Assembly (NCBI RefSeq): GCF_000175255.2
Contig: NC_017262.1
Location: 420,001 to 452,000, forward strand
Direction: 5' to 3'
Length of the DNA stretch: 32,000 nucleotides
Source: Zymomonas mobilis subsp. mobilis ATCC 10988
GTDB taxonomy: Bacteria; Pseudomonadota; Alphaproteobacteria; Sphingomonadales; Sphingomonadaceae
The first letter of the stretch is position 1; each line of letters starts with the position of its first letter. Under the pieces are notes generated by a model that saw only the letters and a list, made by a program, of their open reading frames with translations, made no database searches and was not told the DNA's origin. Both the position numbers and the translations under genes were made by a program. Of the stretch, positions 1 to 10,346 are shown piece after piece.

Positions 1-4
1 GAAA

Positions 5-298
5 ATGCACAAAAAATGGCAACCCAGCCGGTATATAATACTGTCTGTGGCAATGCTGATGCTTCCCGCTTGCTCGACGACGCGCGTCGTGCAGCCAATG
101 CCGGACTTGCCAGCCAATCTGATGACACCCCCGCCCCCGCTACCCGCCTTTCCTCACAATCCCGATAATAGGATGACCGCTGCCGAATGGCTTCAGGGTA
201 GTATCAATCTTTATGAAACAGCCGGTTCTATTCGATTGCAATTATTAGCTTTACAGGCAGCGGTGCAGACCGAAAACAAAACGAACGAACCTAAATAG
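5..298 (+). CDS. Small proline-rich lipoprotein, possible Rz1-like outer-membrane spanin (upstream context outside window)
   Basis: 97 aa ORF with hydrophobic N-terminus and lipobox-like LMLPAC|S, then a proline-rich segment (PMPDLPANLMTPPPPLPAFP) and a short helical tail. This layout resembles Rz1-type o-spanins. Confidence 0.5.
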   Translation: MHKKWQPSRYIILSVAMLMLPACSTTRVVQPMPDLPANLMTPPPPLPAFPHNPDNRMTAAEWLQGSINLYETAGSIRLQLLALQAAVQTENKTNEPK

Positions 299-304
299 TC
301 AAAG

Positions 305-1315
305 TCATTTATTGGCATAATAAACGGCACGGGCAATGGCTCGTGTGACACAATCAGCAGCAGCAGAACCGATACGCGCCAATTCTAAATTCGCTATTTT
401 TCCCTCAGCTATAGAAACCGCACCGGAAGACAACGCAAATAAAGTATCACCATCAAAAGGTGTATGCACTGGCCTAACAGCCCTAGCAAAACCGTCCTGT
501 GCCATAATAGCTAATCTTTTTGTCTGGTTGCGATCGAGTTCTGCTGTTGTTGCAACAACAGCCAACATCGTATTGGCGCCGCCTTTTAAACGAAAATTCT
601 CGGAAAGTCGCTCGATATCGGGAAAGGGATCATTATAGGATACCTGCCTGATATCGGGTTTTTCTCCTCCAAATTCCTGACCGATTTCAAAAGGCCAGGC
701 CCAAAAATGCCGATTATCATCCATATAAGGAGAACCAACGGGATTAGCGGCGACTAAAGCGCCTACGATTATCCCATCATCCAAATCCAAAGAGGCTGAG
801 CCAATACCGCCCCTGACATGACCAGCCAAAGCACCATAGCCCGCTCCGGCTCGTCCTAGATCAAAAGAAATATCGGCTTTTTGTAACGCGGTTTTTCCCA
901 GTTGATAGTAAGGCGGGGTATTACCCCAATCTTTTTTGCCGCCATTCGCCAGATCATAAAGCACTGCCGTTGGAATGATTGGCACAGGATTGTGGCAGCT
1001 ATTGATATTCAACCCCTTTCCCTCTTGAGATAGGGCTACAGTTACCGCATCGGCGGCGGCCAATCCAAAAACAGATCCTCCGGTCAAAACGATAGCATGC
1101 ACGCCGCCAACCAGATTTTCGGGATCAAGCACGGCAGTTTCTCGCCCACCAGGGCCCCCGCCACGAATATCGACTGCGGCCGTCCACAAAGACGGACAGG
1201 TCAAAACGGTAACACCCGTTTCAGCGATCGGATCTTCTGATTGCCCAACTAATAGGCCGCCGACATCCGTAATCAAATTAAGGTTGCCGGTTTTGGGAGA
1301 AAATGTCTGTTTCAA
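305..1315 (-). CDS. P1 family peptidase (DmpA / L-aminopeptidase-D-esterase-like)
   Basis: 336 aa ORF with NLITDVGGLLVGQ N-terminus, RGGGPGGRETAVLDPENLVGGVHAIVLTGGSVFGLAAADAV, and ANTMLAVVATTAELDRNQTKRLAIMAQDGFARAVRPVHTPFDGDTLFALS. The start appears to be TTG, with GCAGG upstream. Confidence 0.9.
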   Translation of the reverse strand: MKQTFSPKTGNLNLITDVGGLLVGQSEDPIAETGVTVLTCPSLWTAAVDIRGGGPGGRETAVLDPENLVGGVHAIVLTGGSVFGLAAADAVTVALSQEGKGLNINSCHNPVPIIPTAVLYDLANGGKKDWGNTPPYYQLGKTALQKADISFDLGRAGAGYGALAGHVRGGIGSASLDLDDGIIVGALVAANPVGSPYMDDNRHFWAWPFEIGQEFGGEKPDIRQVSYNDPFPDIERLSENFRLKGGANTMLAVVATTAELDRNQTKRLAIMAQDGFARAVRPVHTPFDGDTLFALSSGAVSIAEGKIANLELARIGSAAADCVTRAIARAVYYANK

Positions 1316-1465
1316 AAAAACCTGCTATTCAAAACATTTAAAAGAACGGTTTCTAGATTATTCTAAAACCAAAAATTTTCGACCGAAAGAAGTGTACTGC
1401 TTTTATTTTGATTACCAATTCCAACCGCTATCTCCTATAGTCTGATCCTGAAAAGAAGGCAGACT

Positions 1466-2272
1466 ATGACAAATATGATCGATCCTCATCTTTTGCTTAG
1501 TGCTTATGCGACCGGCATTTTTCCGATGTCGGATAGTCGGGAAACAGATGAAGTTTATTGGGTTGAACCCAAAAAACGCGGAATATTGCCCCTCGATCAT
1601 TTTCATTTATCGCGCTCTTTGGCTAAGATTATTCGCTCTGATCGTTTTTTAGTAACCGCAGACCGCGATTTTGAAGCGGTTATTGACCTTTGTGCCGAAC
1701 CAACAGAAGATCGCCCCGACAGCTGGATTAATCCCCCTATCCGTGCAGCTTATTGCCAGCTCCATAATTTAGGTTATGCCCATTCTATCGAATGTTGGCT
1801 GGATAACCGTTTGGTTGGCGGCCTTTACGGAGTCAATCTAGGCTATGCCTTTTTTGGGGAAAGCATGTTCAGTCGGGTCAGCAATGCATCAAAAGTAGCG
1901 TTGGCTTGGCTGGTAGCCAGATTGAAAGTCGGCAATTTCAGCTTGCTTGATTGCCAATTTATTACCGATCATCTCGCCTCTATGGGGGCAATAGAAATCA
2001 CAAGAGAAGACTATCTAAAGCATCTCAAATCTGCCGTTTCCAGTTATTTTACAGATAAAGAAACCGGCAACTGGAATACCCTCGATCGCCTTTCTCCACT
2101 CCTACACAACAAACACAGCAAGACAAAAGAAAATCAATTCGCTGATGTAGATTTACCCTTTACGGAAGGCATAGCTTTAGAGACTGATGGGACTGCGCCA
2201 GGTGAAGCTTCCTTCTCTTTAGCATGTCCTAATGGTGCGCGCATTGTGCAACTTTTAGGCCAGATATCATAA
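1466..2272 (+). CDS. aat: Leucyl/phenylalanyl-tRNA--protein transferase
   Basis: 268 aa ORF with LLLSAYATGIFPMSD, YWVEPKKRGILPLDHFHLSRSL, GLYGVNLGYAFFGESMFSRVSNASKVALAWL and LLDCQFITDHLASMGA, typical of Aat. Confidence 0.95.
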   Translation: MTNMIDPHLLLSAYATGIFPMSDSRETDEVYWVEPKKRGILPLDHFHLSRSLAKIIRSDRFLVTADRDFEAVIDLCAEPTEDRPDSWINPPIRAAYCQLHNLGYAHSIECWLDNRLVGGLYGVNLGYAFFGESMFSRVSNASKVALAWLVARLKVGNFSLLDCQFITDHLASMGAIEITREDYLKHLKSAVSSYFTDKETGNWNTLDRLSPLLHNKHSKTKENQFADVDLPFTEGIALETDGTAPGEASFSLACPNGARIVQLLGQIS

Positions 2273-2778
2273 TCAGGGCTTTCCAGAACATTCAAGGACG
2301 GTGCTTCCTTATAAAGCCATCCTGAAAAAATTCGTTGCCAGCGATGATTATATTTTAGGCTTTCAACCTGCACAAAAGCCCCCGTTAAATGCTCAGCTTC
2401 CCAAGGCATGGTTTCATCACAGGCCTGTAATTTGATAATAAGATCAGGGAAATGCGTTATTTCTCCTGTATGCAAGGTAATATCTTGCCATTCACCTGTT
2501 TTTTTATTCAAAACGCCCAAGACCGCCACACGCTGAGACATCGGCAGTAATCCTTTTTCAGGAGGAGGAGCCTCAGTATGATCAGCTTTTTCAGGAACTT
2601 TTACTTCATTATCGTCCTTTGAAGGCTCTTCATCACCGACTTTAGGTGATGAAGTTTGGTTTTCGCTCTGCGGAAGAAAATCGAACCATTCGGGACGATT
2701 TTTTTTAATATCCCACAAAATCCCTCCCGAAAGGAGGATAACCGCCACCAAAAGAACAATAACGATAATTCGTTTCAT
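2134..2778 (-). CDS. DUF2155 domain-containing protein with N-terminal signal/TM segment
   Basis: 214 aa ORF with RVAVLGVLNKKTGEWQDITLHTGE...LIIKLQACDETMPWEAEHLTGAFVQVE...RIFSGWLYKEAPSLNVLESPDYDIWPKSC, typical of DUF2155. It follows the MlaD-like ORF with an ATGA overlap. Confidence 0.8.
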   Translation of the reverse strand: MKRIIVIVLLVAVILLSGGILWDIKKNRPEWFDFLPQSENQTSSPKVGDEEPSKDDNEVKVPEKADHTEAPPPEKGLLPMSQRVAVLGVLNKKTGEWQDITLHTGEITHFPDLIIKLQACDETMPWEAEHLTGAFVQVESLKYNHRWQRIFSGWLYKEAPSLNVLESPDYDIWPKSCTMRAPLGHAKEKEASPGAVPSVSKAMPSVKGKSTSAN

Positions 2779-3284
2779 GAATTTTTGTCAGCAGCTTGTC
2801 CCGAGGCATCATTCTGTGCCGGTTTTGAACCACTACTATTATTTAAATAATGGCCAATCAGCCCCATCAGATTAACCGAGCCTTGGGTGTCAATGATTGT
2901 ATCGCCTTCTTTCAGATGTTTGTCTGACCCACCCGGAATAAGCGCAATATAGGAACCGCTCATCAAACCGTCCGAGGTGATAGCCGCGCTGCTGTCTAAG
3001 GGAAGAGGAATATTCGGGTCTAATGCCAGATTAACCATAACCTGATAACTTTGCGGATCAAGCTGTTCATCAAGGACGCTACCGATTTTCACACCGGCAA
3101 CTCTAACTTCTGTGCCAGAATTGATACCACCTGCATTAGGAAACAACGCCTTTACATGAACCGCATGAGCAGTCACACCACCACCGGTTTTATTCCATGC
3201 ATAATAGGCGAAGCCAATCGTCGCCAAGACAATAAAAAGGCCGGTTAACGCCTCTGCACTATATTCACGCAAAGTATTTTTCAT
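2775..3284 (-). CDS. MlaD-family (MCE domain) outer-membrane lipid asymmetry protein
   Basis: 169 aa ORF with N-terminal TM and MCE domain: VHAVHVKALFPNAGGINSGTEVRVAGVKIGSVLDEQLDPQSYQVMVNLALDPNIPLPLDSSAAITSDGLMSGSYIALIPGG. Confidence 0.88.
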   Translation of the reverse strand: MKNTLREYSAEALTGLFIVLATIGFAYYAWNKTGGGVTAHAVHVKALFPNAGGINSGTEVRVAGVKIGSVLDEQLDPQSYQVMVNLALDPNIPLPLDSSAAITSDGLMSGSYIALIPGGSDKHLKEGDTIIDTQGSVNLMGLIGHYLNNSSGSKPAQNDASGQAADKNS

Positions 3285-3428
3285 CAGGCGATTATATCTC
3301 TTTTATAGCATTTCACCAAAGGGGTTTCATGACTTATAGACCTAATCGAAATCCGTGAAAGACGAATTTTTAAGGTAGACGTCTCGTTATTCTTACAGAT
3401 CGGAATAAAGGAGCTATCTGATTTAAGT

Positions 3429-4019
3429 CTATTCGGGCGCTGTTACGTCTTTTAAAAGATATGCCGATAGCCCTTTATCACTCTGCCGAAGGCAAGCATA
3501 AAGCGATTTTCCAGCTTCAAATTTCTTGATGCCAGCGGCATGAAAGGCTTCAGCATGGACAAAAATATCTTGCTGATCAGCATTCCGGATCAAAAAACCA
3601 TAGCCTTTGGTTCTATTAAACCATTTGACAGTAACCGCTTCAAAGGATGTTTCACTTTCCTTTAAAGGCGGTTCGTTACTATCAAGCGACGATTTATGAT
3701 CGATCTCTTTATTTAATTCAAAGGCAAGGATTTTATAGGCTTTCCACCCCTGACGGCTTTTCCTTGCCAAACATTTGACCCATGAGCCTTCTGGTAAAAA
3801 ACGTTTCCCATATTCCTGTAATAAAGAAAAATGGATCAAGATATCGCCTTCGCCCTTTGAACCGATCAAAAAGCCAAAACCCTTAATAATATCGAACCAT
3901 TTTACATATCCTGTAATCAAAATATCGACCGAATTTTGATCACTTACAGGCATAGCTGTTACGTTTTTTATAGTAGAATGAAGCTGTTTATTCGGCATTC
4001 TCCCCCTCCTCTCAATCAA
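3429..4019 (-). CDS. Tandem cold-shock-domain protein
   Basis: Two CSD units: [17 protein letters not shown]...GDILIHFS and [30 protein letters not shown]. The likely start is ATG at 3998, preceded by a strong GAGGAGGGG Shine-Dalgarno, rather than the track start at 4019. Confidence 0.85.
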   Translation of the reverse strand: MIERRGRMPNKQLHSTIKNVTAMPVSDQNSVDILITGYVKWFDIIKGFGFLIGSKGEGDILIHFSLLQEYGKRFLPEGSWVKCLARKSRQGWKAYKILAFELNKEIDHKSSLDSNEPPLKESETSFEAVTVKWFNRTKGYGFLIRNADQQDIFVHAEAFHAAGIKKFEAGKSLYACLRQSDKGLSAYLLKDVTAPE

Positions 4020-4146
4020 ACTAGCATGGAGAAAGAAAGAAGAAAGTAATTATACCGCAGTATTCATGAAAAATATTGCGCTTTTTATCCAAAATGAAAG
4101 GCCTCTTTTCTAAAAGCCTTTCTCGATCAAAAATTTGACAGGTCAT

Positions 4147-4173
4147 AAAAAAAGCTGCCCGAAGGCAGCTTTT
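4147..4173 (-). terminator. Rho-independent terminator downstream of secA
   Basis: Minus-strand reading AAAAGCTGCC-TTCG-GGCAGCTTTTTTT immediately after the secA stop codon. Confidence 0.85.
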
Positions 4174-4176
4174 CTC

Positions 4177-6954
4177 TTAATTTTTACTATCGAAAGCGCC
4201 GTGACAATGTTTGTAACGCTTACCCGACCCGCAAGGACAAGGCGCGTTACGACTTATCTTTCCTACCCAATGCGCCGGATCTGCATCTGATAGAGAATCG
4301 GTTTGAGCAGCAGCGCCTTGTTGGGCAGCCATTTGATTGACCGTAATCTGGTCATCTTGTGGTTGATTCTGGCCATCAACAGTTGTCTCAAAAAGCAGTT
4401 TTTCCTGCTCTTCTAAGGCTGCCATGATTTCCGGCGAATTTTTGAAAAATTCTGGTAGTTCGGACAATTCAAAAGACGGCTGAAAAAGCTCAATTCGACT
4501 CAAATTGCGGGTAACATCTTCGCGAATAGAGATAAGCATCCGCTCGAACAGCGCAAAAGCCTCATGCTTATATTCATTGATCGGCGTCTGTTGGGCATAA
4601 GCCCGCAAATGGATAATCTGTCTCAAACTATCAAGAACAGAAAGATGCTCTTTCCAATGATGGTCAATCGCCTGAAGCAACGTATTCTTTTGAATACCCG
4701 CCCATTGCTCTGGCGGAATATCTTTGCTGCGTTCAGCTAAAAGTTCATCGGATTTTTCAAGGATACGCTCGGCAATGATTTCGCTATCAATACCTTCTTC
4801 CTCCTGCCATTCTTTGACCGGCAAATCGAGATTCAGAAGATCAAGCGCTTTTTCCTTTAACTGATCAATATCCCATTGTTCGACATATTGATCTTCAGGA
4901 CAAGTCTCGGAAACCAGATCGGCAATAGTATCTTCCCGCATCTCTTCGACAAGGTCATTGACCGATTCCGCGTCCATAACCGTAGCGCGCTGTTCGTAGA
5001 TGACTTTCCGCTGGTCATTCATCACGTCATCATATTCGACGACCTGTTTCCGAATGTCATAATTACGGGCTTCAACTTTTCTCTGCGCGGTTTCAATTGC
5101 CTTCGACATGATCGGGCTAACGATGGCTTCACCATCAGCCAGACTTTTGTTCATCATTTTGGCAAACATCGTCTGGGAACCAAAAATACGCAACAGATCA
5201 TCATCAAGGCTAAGATAGAAACGGCTCAATCCGGGGTCACCCTGACGTCCCGACCGTCCCCGTAATTGGTTGTCAATACGGCGGCTTTCATGGCGTTCCG
5301 TTCCAAGGACGAATAAGCCACCGGCTTCAAGAACTCTCTGCTTTTCTTCTGCTACTTCCTTCTTGATGCGGATGATAGCCGCATCCCGCTCAGGCCCTTC
5401 CGTCATTTCCCGCAATTCGTCAGCAATCCGGAAATCAGCATTACCGCCCAACTGAATATCTGTGCCGCGTCCGGCCATATTGGTTGCAATCGTTACCGCA
5501 CCCAAGCGCCCAGCCTGCGCAACAATATGCGCTTCCATCTCATGATAACGGGCGTTCAAAACCTTATGAGGCACCCCTTCATGACGCAGATATTCCGAAA
5601 GCAATTCCGATTTTTCAATCGAGACAGTGCCGACCAAAATAGGCTGGCCACTAGCGGCATGTTCTTTAATAGATTTGGCAATAGCTCGGAATTTGTCTTC
5701 CAGATTTTTATAAAACTGGTCGTTTTCATCTTTCCGCTGCACCGGTAAATTGGTGGGGATAGTAACAACATTTATTTTATAAATTTGATGGAATTCGGTG
5801 GCTTCCGTTGCCGCAGTTCCGGTCATACCCGCAATACGTGGATATAGACGGAAGTAATTCTGGAAGGTGATAGAGGCCAAAGTCTGGTTTTCAGGTTCGA
5901 TCTGAACGCCTTCTTTGGCCTCTATCGCCTGATGTAAACCTTCCGACCAACGACGGCCATCCATCATCCGGCCTGTAAATTCGTCAATGATGACGACTTT
6001 GTTATTTCTAACCAGATAATCGACATCTCGCCGGAACATCAAATTGGCTCTCAATGCCTGATTAAGGTGATGTACAATCTGGGTATTTTCAAAGTCGTAA
6101 AGATTGCCTTCCGGCAAAAGACCATCGGCTTTCAAAAACTGTTCGGCGCGCTCTGTCCCATCTTCAGTCAGAACGACATTTTTCTGTTTTTCATCAATTT
6201 CATAGTCATCAGAGCCAAGCTTTTTAACAACCTGATCTATCGCAATATAGAGATCAGATTTGTCATCGGTTGGGCCCGAAATAATAAGCGGTGTCCGCGC
6301 CTCATCGATCAAGATTGAATCAACTTCATCAATGATGGCATAATTGAAAGGCCGCTGAACCATCTGTTCCCGCGTATATTTCATATTATCGCGGAGATAA
6401 TCGAAACCCAATTCATTATTCGTCGCATAGGTAATATCGGCAAGATAGGCCTGACGGCGTTCTTCATCCGAAATATTCGGCATAACAACGCCAACGGTCA
6501 GGCCAAGAAAACGATAGACTTGCCCCATCTGTTCAGCATCACGCTTTGCCAAATAGTCGTTGACCGTCACGACATGAACACCCTTGCCTTCCAATGCATT
6601 CAAATAACAGGCAAGCGTCGCTACCAAGGTTTTCCCTTCACCGGTGCGCATTTCTGCGATCTCACCACGATGAAGGACAATACCACCGATAATCTGGACA
6701 TCGTAATGACGCTGTCCCAAAGTTCGCTTCGACGCTTCTCTGACGGTGGCAAAGGCTTCCGGCAGAAGTTGATCTAGCGTTTCACCCTTGGCCAACCTTT
6801 CCCTGAAAAGAACCGTTTGTCGGGCAAGCCCGTCATCATCAAGCGCAGAAACGCTGGGTTCAAAGCTGTTTACTTTTTCAACAATACGGCGCAGGGATTT
6901 GATATAACGATCATTAGCAGAGCCGAATAAAGCCTTGGCAATAGCGCCGAACAT
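4177..6954 (-). CDS. secA: Preprotein translocase subunit SecA
   Basis: 925 aa ORF with [13 protein letters not shown], the helicase motor, [37 protein letters not shown], and C-terminal SEC-C zinc motif [17 protein letters not shown]. Confidence 0.99.
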   Translation of the reverse strand: MFGAIAKALFGSANDRYIKSLRRIVEKVNSFEPSVSALDDDGLARQTVLFRERLAKGETLDQLLPEAFATVREASKRTLGQRHYDVQIIGGIVLHRGEIAEMRTGEGKTLVATLACYLNALEGKGVHVVTVNDYLAKRDAEQMGQVYRFLGLTVGVVMPNISDEERRQAYLADITYATNNELGFDYLRDNMKYTREQMVQRPFNYAIIDEVDSILIDEARTPLIISGPTDDKSDLYIAIDQVVKKLGSDDYEIDEKQKNVVLTEDGTERAEQFLKADGLLPEGNLYDFENTQIVHHLNQALRANLMFRRDVDYLVRNNKVVIIDEFTGRMMDGRRWSEGLHQAIEAKEGVQIEPENQTLASITFQNYFRLYPRIAGMTGTAATEATEFHQIYKINVVTIPTNLPVQRKDENDQFYKNLEDKFRAIAKSIKEHAASGQPILVGTVSIEKSELLSEYLRHEGVPHKVLNARYHEMEAHIVAQAGRLGAVTIATNMAGRGTDIQLGGNADFRIADELREMTEGPERDAAIIRIKKEVAEEKQRVLEAGGLFVLGTERHESRRIDNQLRGRSGRQGDPGLSRFYLSLDDDLLRIFGSQTMFAKMMNKSLADGEAIVSPIMSKAIETAQRKVEARNYDIRKQVVEYDDVMNDQRKVIYEQRATVMDAESVNDLVEEMREDTIADLVSETCPEDQYVEQWDIDQLKEKALDLLNLDLPVKEWQEEEGIDSEIIAERILEKSDELLAERSKDIPPEQWAGIQKNTLLQAIDHHWKEHLSVLDSLRQIIHLRAYAQQTPINEYKHEAFALFERMLISIREDVTRNLSRIELFQPSFELSELPEFFKNSPEIMAALEEQEKLLFETTVDGQNQPQDDQITVNQMAAQQGAAAQTDSLSDADPAHWVGKISRNAPCPCGSGKRYKHCHGAFDSKN

Positions 6955-7306
6955 GGACAGTCCCTAACAATTTCAAAATATGCGGTGAACGGAATGAACC
7001 GGCAAAGGCTCACTTTTAAGCTGATAAGTTGAAAAGAAGATAGGTCGCCGCCTTGGTAACGTCAATCATCCCCTCCCCCCATTACAATGCCTCTTTGTTC
7101 TTACCCTGTCGATTTTTCTGACAAGCATCAGATTCTAGAGACCAGAGCAGCCAAGAGTATTTTTACAGTCTTACTGTCATTTAATCTTTTTTTCGAGCTT
7201 TTTATATCCTTCTTTGAGGAATAAAGACGGATCGCTATAGTGATAATACATTATCAAGCCGTATGAACAAACCGGCCAGTCTATTGTGATTGAAGGATCT
7301 TTTTGT

Positions 7307-8536
7307 ATGATCGCCAATATTTCCCCGCTTGCGCCCAGTTATACACCTGAATTACCGGCCATAGACGGGATTACATTACGAACGGTCTGCGCCGGTTATA
7401 AAAATTGGCAGCGCAATGATCTCAGCCTGTTTCTTTTTCAGCCGGATACCGTAGTCGCGGGGCTTACGACCCAGTCAGCTTGCCCTTCGCCCGAAGTGGA
7501 ATGGTGCCGTGCCGCTATTAAAAAAGGGAAAGCCCGCGCGCTTGTTGTCAACGCAGGAAACTCAAACGCTTTTACTGGCCATAAAGGCCGCGAAGCGGTA
7601 GCCGCGATTACGGCTCGCGTGGCCGATCATCTAAAATGCGCTTTGCATGAGGTGTTTGTTTCTTCAACCGGTGTTATCGGCGTGCCTCTCCCAATTAAGA
7701 CCGCTTGTGATGGCCTTGAAAAGGCCTTCTCTGCGGAAGATGTGAATTGGGACCATATGGCTAATGCCATTATGACCACGGATACTTTTGCAAAAATGTC
7801 CCGTCAGGACATTACTATTCAGGGTAAATCCGTCAAAATGGTCGGTATCATCAAAGGGTCAGGCATGATTGCGCCTGATATGGCCACCATGCTTGGTTAT
7901 ATCTTCACAGATGCCGCCGTTGCCCCTGAATTGCTACAGAAAATGCTGACCAAAGCTAATAAGAAAAGCTTTTCTTGCATCACAGTTGATAGTGATACAT
8001 CGACCTCTGATACAGTTCTCGCTTTTGCAACAGCGGCGGCTGGTAATCGGATTTTATCGTCAGAAGAAGATAAAGATGCCGACAAATTGCAAGAGGCGGT
8101 AACAGCTATCTGCCTTGATTTGGCACAGCAGGTTGTCAGAGATGGCGAAGGTGCCAGCAAATTTATCAGCGTTACCGTTAATGGTGCGGTCTCTGATGAA
8201 AGCGCACATATTATCGCGATGTCGATTGCTAACTCACCCTTGGTAAAAACCGCTATGGCGGGAGAGGATGCCAATTGGGGACGCGTTGTTATGGCTGTCG
8301 GGAAAGCCGGTCAGCCTGCGGAACGGGATCTTTTGTCCATCCGCTTCGGCGGCATAGAGGTCGCCGCGAAAGGCATGGTTGTACCCAATTATGACGAAGC
8401 CCCTGTCGCCGCTCATTTAAAAGGCAAAGAAATAGATATTTCTGTCGATATCGGATTAGGGAAAGGTCAGGCGCAGGTTTGGACTTGCGATTTGACCCAT
8501 GGTTATATTTCGATCAACGCCGATTACCGGAGTTGA
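7307..8536 (+). CDS. argJ: Bifunctional glutamate N-acetyltransferase / amino-acid acetyltransferase ArgJ
   Basis: ORF with ARALVVNAGNSNAFTGHKG, VFVSSTGVIGVPL, the ATMLGYIFTDAAV autoprocessing motif and SITVDSDTSTSDT. The track start is GTG at 7286; ATG at 7307 has GAAGGA upstream and fits better. Confidence 0.96.
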   Translation: MIANISPLAPSYTPELPAIDGITLRTVCAGYKNWQRNDLSLFLFQPDTVVAGLTTQSACPSPEVEWCRAAIKKGKARALVVNAGNSNAFTGHKGREAVAAITARVADHLKCALHEVFVSSTGVIGVPLPIKTACDGLEKAFSAEDVNWDHMANAIMTTDTFAKMSRQDITIQGKSVKMVGIIKGSGMIAPDMATMLGYIFTDAAVAPELLQKMLTKANKKSFSCITVDSDTSTSDTVLAFATAAAGNRILSSEEDKDADKLQEAVTAICLDLAQQVVRDGEGASKFISVTVNGAVSDESAHIIAMSIANSPLVKTAMAGEDANWGRVVMAVGKAGQPAERDLLSIRFGGIEVAAKGMVVPNYDEAPVAAHLKGKEIDISVDIGLGKGQAQVWTCDLTHGYISINADYRS

Positions 8537-8542
8537 TAACCA

Positions 8543-8578
8543 TAGGGGGCGGCAATCGATTGGGATTACCGCCCCCTA
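8543..8578. terminator. Bidirectional hairpin between convergent argJ and the ASCH-domain gene
   Basis: GC-rich inverted repeat ATAGGGGCGGCAATC...GGATTACCGCCCCCTAT, overlapping the 3' end of the ASCH ORF. Confidence 0.55.
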
Positions 8579-9022
8579 TTCTACCTGACTAGTCAAACTC
8601 ACCAATTTTTGCGTCTCTTCTTTTCGTAACCACGTCAAAGACTGGGGTGGCTGAAAATTAGCACGGATTTCTTTTAATTGGTCGAGATTGATTGGTCGGA
8701 TTGGCTGATGGTCTCTAAGGAGAAAAGCCGTTGCCTTTTCTGTCCCTTCAAAATAATCTCGATATTGTTGTTCTGATAGAAAGGCTTCGCGCCCGTATCG
8801 ACTCCAAAGTGTGTTAACATCGCCTTGAACAATCGCTTCCAGATAAGCAAAGCCAATCACTGATTTCACAGGACGCGTCGCATAAATCCAAATCCGCGCC
8901 GATAAAGCTGGAAGCGGTATTCTTCGTCGAAATTCCACCGTTTTTTTGCCAGATACAATCGCCTTTGCGAATTCTGGCCATAAGGAAATAACTGCTTCTT
9001 TTCGGTCTGGGATATCAGTCAC
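8576..9022 (-). CDS. ASCH-domain protein
   Basis: 148 aa ORF with AVISLWPEFAKAIVSGKKTVEFRRRIP...RIWIYATRPVKSVIGFAYLEAI, typical of ASCH/PUA-like domains. Confidence 0.8.
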   Translation of the reverse strand: MTDIPDRKEAVISLWPEFAKAIVSGKKTVEFRRRIPLPALSARIWIYATRPVKSVIGFAYLEAIVQGDVNTLWSRYGREAFLSEQQYRDYFEGTEKATAFLLRDHQPIRPINLDQLKEIRANFQPPQSLTWLRKEETQKLVSLTSQVE

Positions 9023-9070
9023 GCTTCAATATATCCTTCAAACAGCCGCAAAAAAGACGTTCATATCCAA

Positions 9071-10204
9071 CTAATCCTTTTTAGGCATTGCTGGTATTTT
9101 TTTCGTAACAACAGGCTGCCCCATCGGAATTTTGCGATGCGAAATTTTCACAGTTGGCGGCGATGTATTCGCTACAGCCTCTTTCCCAGGGGTTTCATTC
9201 GACTTTTCTATAGGAAGTAGATTTTTGTCAGCCGTGCTGGGCGCAAGAGACGCAATAGGTTCAAAAGCCCCCAATTCATGACGCAGGGTTTCAGGAATAA
9301 TGCTATTGTCATAAGGCTGTTTGATCGGACTATTTTTTGCTGAACCTTCTCGACAGGTGCCATAAATCTGGGGGCGGCCATTTAACATCAAATAATGATC
9401 AAGACTGTTTGTTGCCGTCGTAATGGCGGTTTCATCCCCATTCGCCAAGGCTGCCATGGCTAAACTATGCGCCAACAGAGCATCTTCGGATCTGGAACTC
9501 CGATTCAGGATATATGCCGCCTGATTAAAATCCTGCGCTGTATGCAATTTCCCTTGCGTAATAATATCTTTAACTCTTTGGATGCGAGCCGATCCCGCAA
9601 GCTCTTCATCCGTATTTTTTAAAGGCTGAACTTCATGATACAGTTTAATAATTTCCGTATTAGGCGGTAATTCAGGTCGATCTATTGTATAGACATGATT
9701 AATATCCCAATTCAGCGTGAAAGGCGCACGGCTATTGGTGCGGGTAATAGGCCAGCGAATACCCGCGATATCGAGAATATTTAAAGAAGCGCTCTCATTA
9801 TTATCAAGCCACATTTCGATATCATGGCGTGCCCCCAGCCCGTCACGGGTAGAAAAAAATAAATGATCGTCAAAAAAACGGCTGGCAATAATTTCTTCCC
9901 TAACCAAGGGACCATGCACTTTGGTGAAAGCCTTGGGGGTAATATCTAAATGGGGATGGCTAAGAAACCCGGCAAAAGGATTCTTGCTATCATGTGTTTG
10001 TTCTATCTGGATTTCCATGATGGTTTTGCCATTACTGGTCACAGCCCAGCCACCGACATAGTCAACCGCCCGATGGGTCTTTTCACTGCCTGCCACTAAC
10101 GGAAGCGATGCTGTATTTTCTGGCTCCGATTGAGCATAAAGCGGGCAAGCCATCAAAATTGTAGATAAAAACAAAGAAGCAAGGGAAACAGTCTTCATTT
10201 CCAA
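9071..10204 (-). CDS. Exported protein of unknown function
   Basis: 377 aa ORF with N-terminal signal peptide (VSLASLFLSTILMACPLYAQS). Contains a QAAYILNRSSRSEDALLAHSLAMAALANGD...LDHYLMLNGRPQIYGTC segment and a Pro/Lys-rich C-terminus. Confidence 0.7.
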   Translation of the reverse strand: MEMKTVSLASLFLSTILMACPLYAQSEPENTASLPLVAGSEKTHRAVDYVGGWAVTSNGKTIMEIQIEQTHDSKNPFAGFLSHPHLDITPKAFTKVHGPLVREEIIASRFFDDHLFFSTRDGLGARHDIEMWLDNNESASLNILDIAGIRWPITRTNSRAPFTLNWDINHVYTIDRPELPPNTEIIKLYHEVQPLKNTDEELAGSARIQRVKDIITQGKLHTAQDFNQAAYILNRSSRSEDALLAHSLAMAALANGDETAITTATNSLDHYLMLNGRPQIYGTCREGSAKNSPIKQPYDNSIIPETLRHELGAFEPIASLAPSTADKNLLPIEKSNETPGKEAVANTSPPTVKISHRKIPMGQPVVTKKIPAMPKKD

Positions 10205-10346
10205 CAGACAATCCTCTCTTTTTCAGGGCATTGTTATATGTGCCGGAAAACATTCATATTCAACGCAAAGGATATTGTTTTACCCTAACGCCAACCATAA
10301 ATTAGATAACATACAAAATATCAATAATAACGAGTGAGTCTTTGTG

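Noticed and set aside
336-638. 100 aa plus-strand ORF opposite the P1 peptidase
   Set aside because: It lies fully antisense within a confidently identified gene, has a low-complexity composition and shows no recognisable family signature.
4876-6777. Several plus-strand ORFs antisense to secA (4876..5265, 5270..5455, 5527..5748, 6067..6318, 6520..6777) and a minus-strand ORF at 5556..5771
   Set aside because: All are shadow ORFs in other frames of the highly conserved secA coding sequence.
7897-8416. Minus-strand ORFs opposite argJ
   Set aside because: They are antisense shadows of the argJ coding region with no domain evidence.
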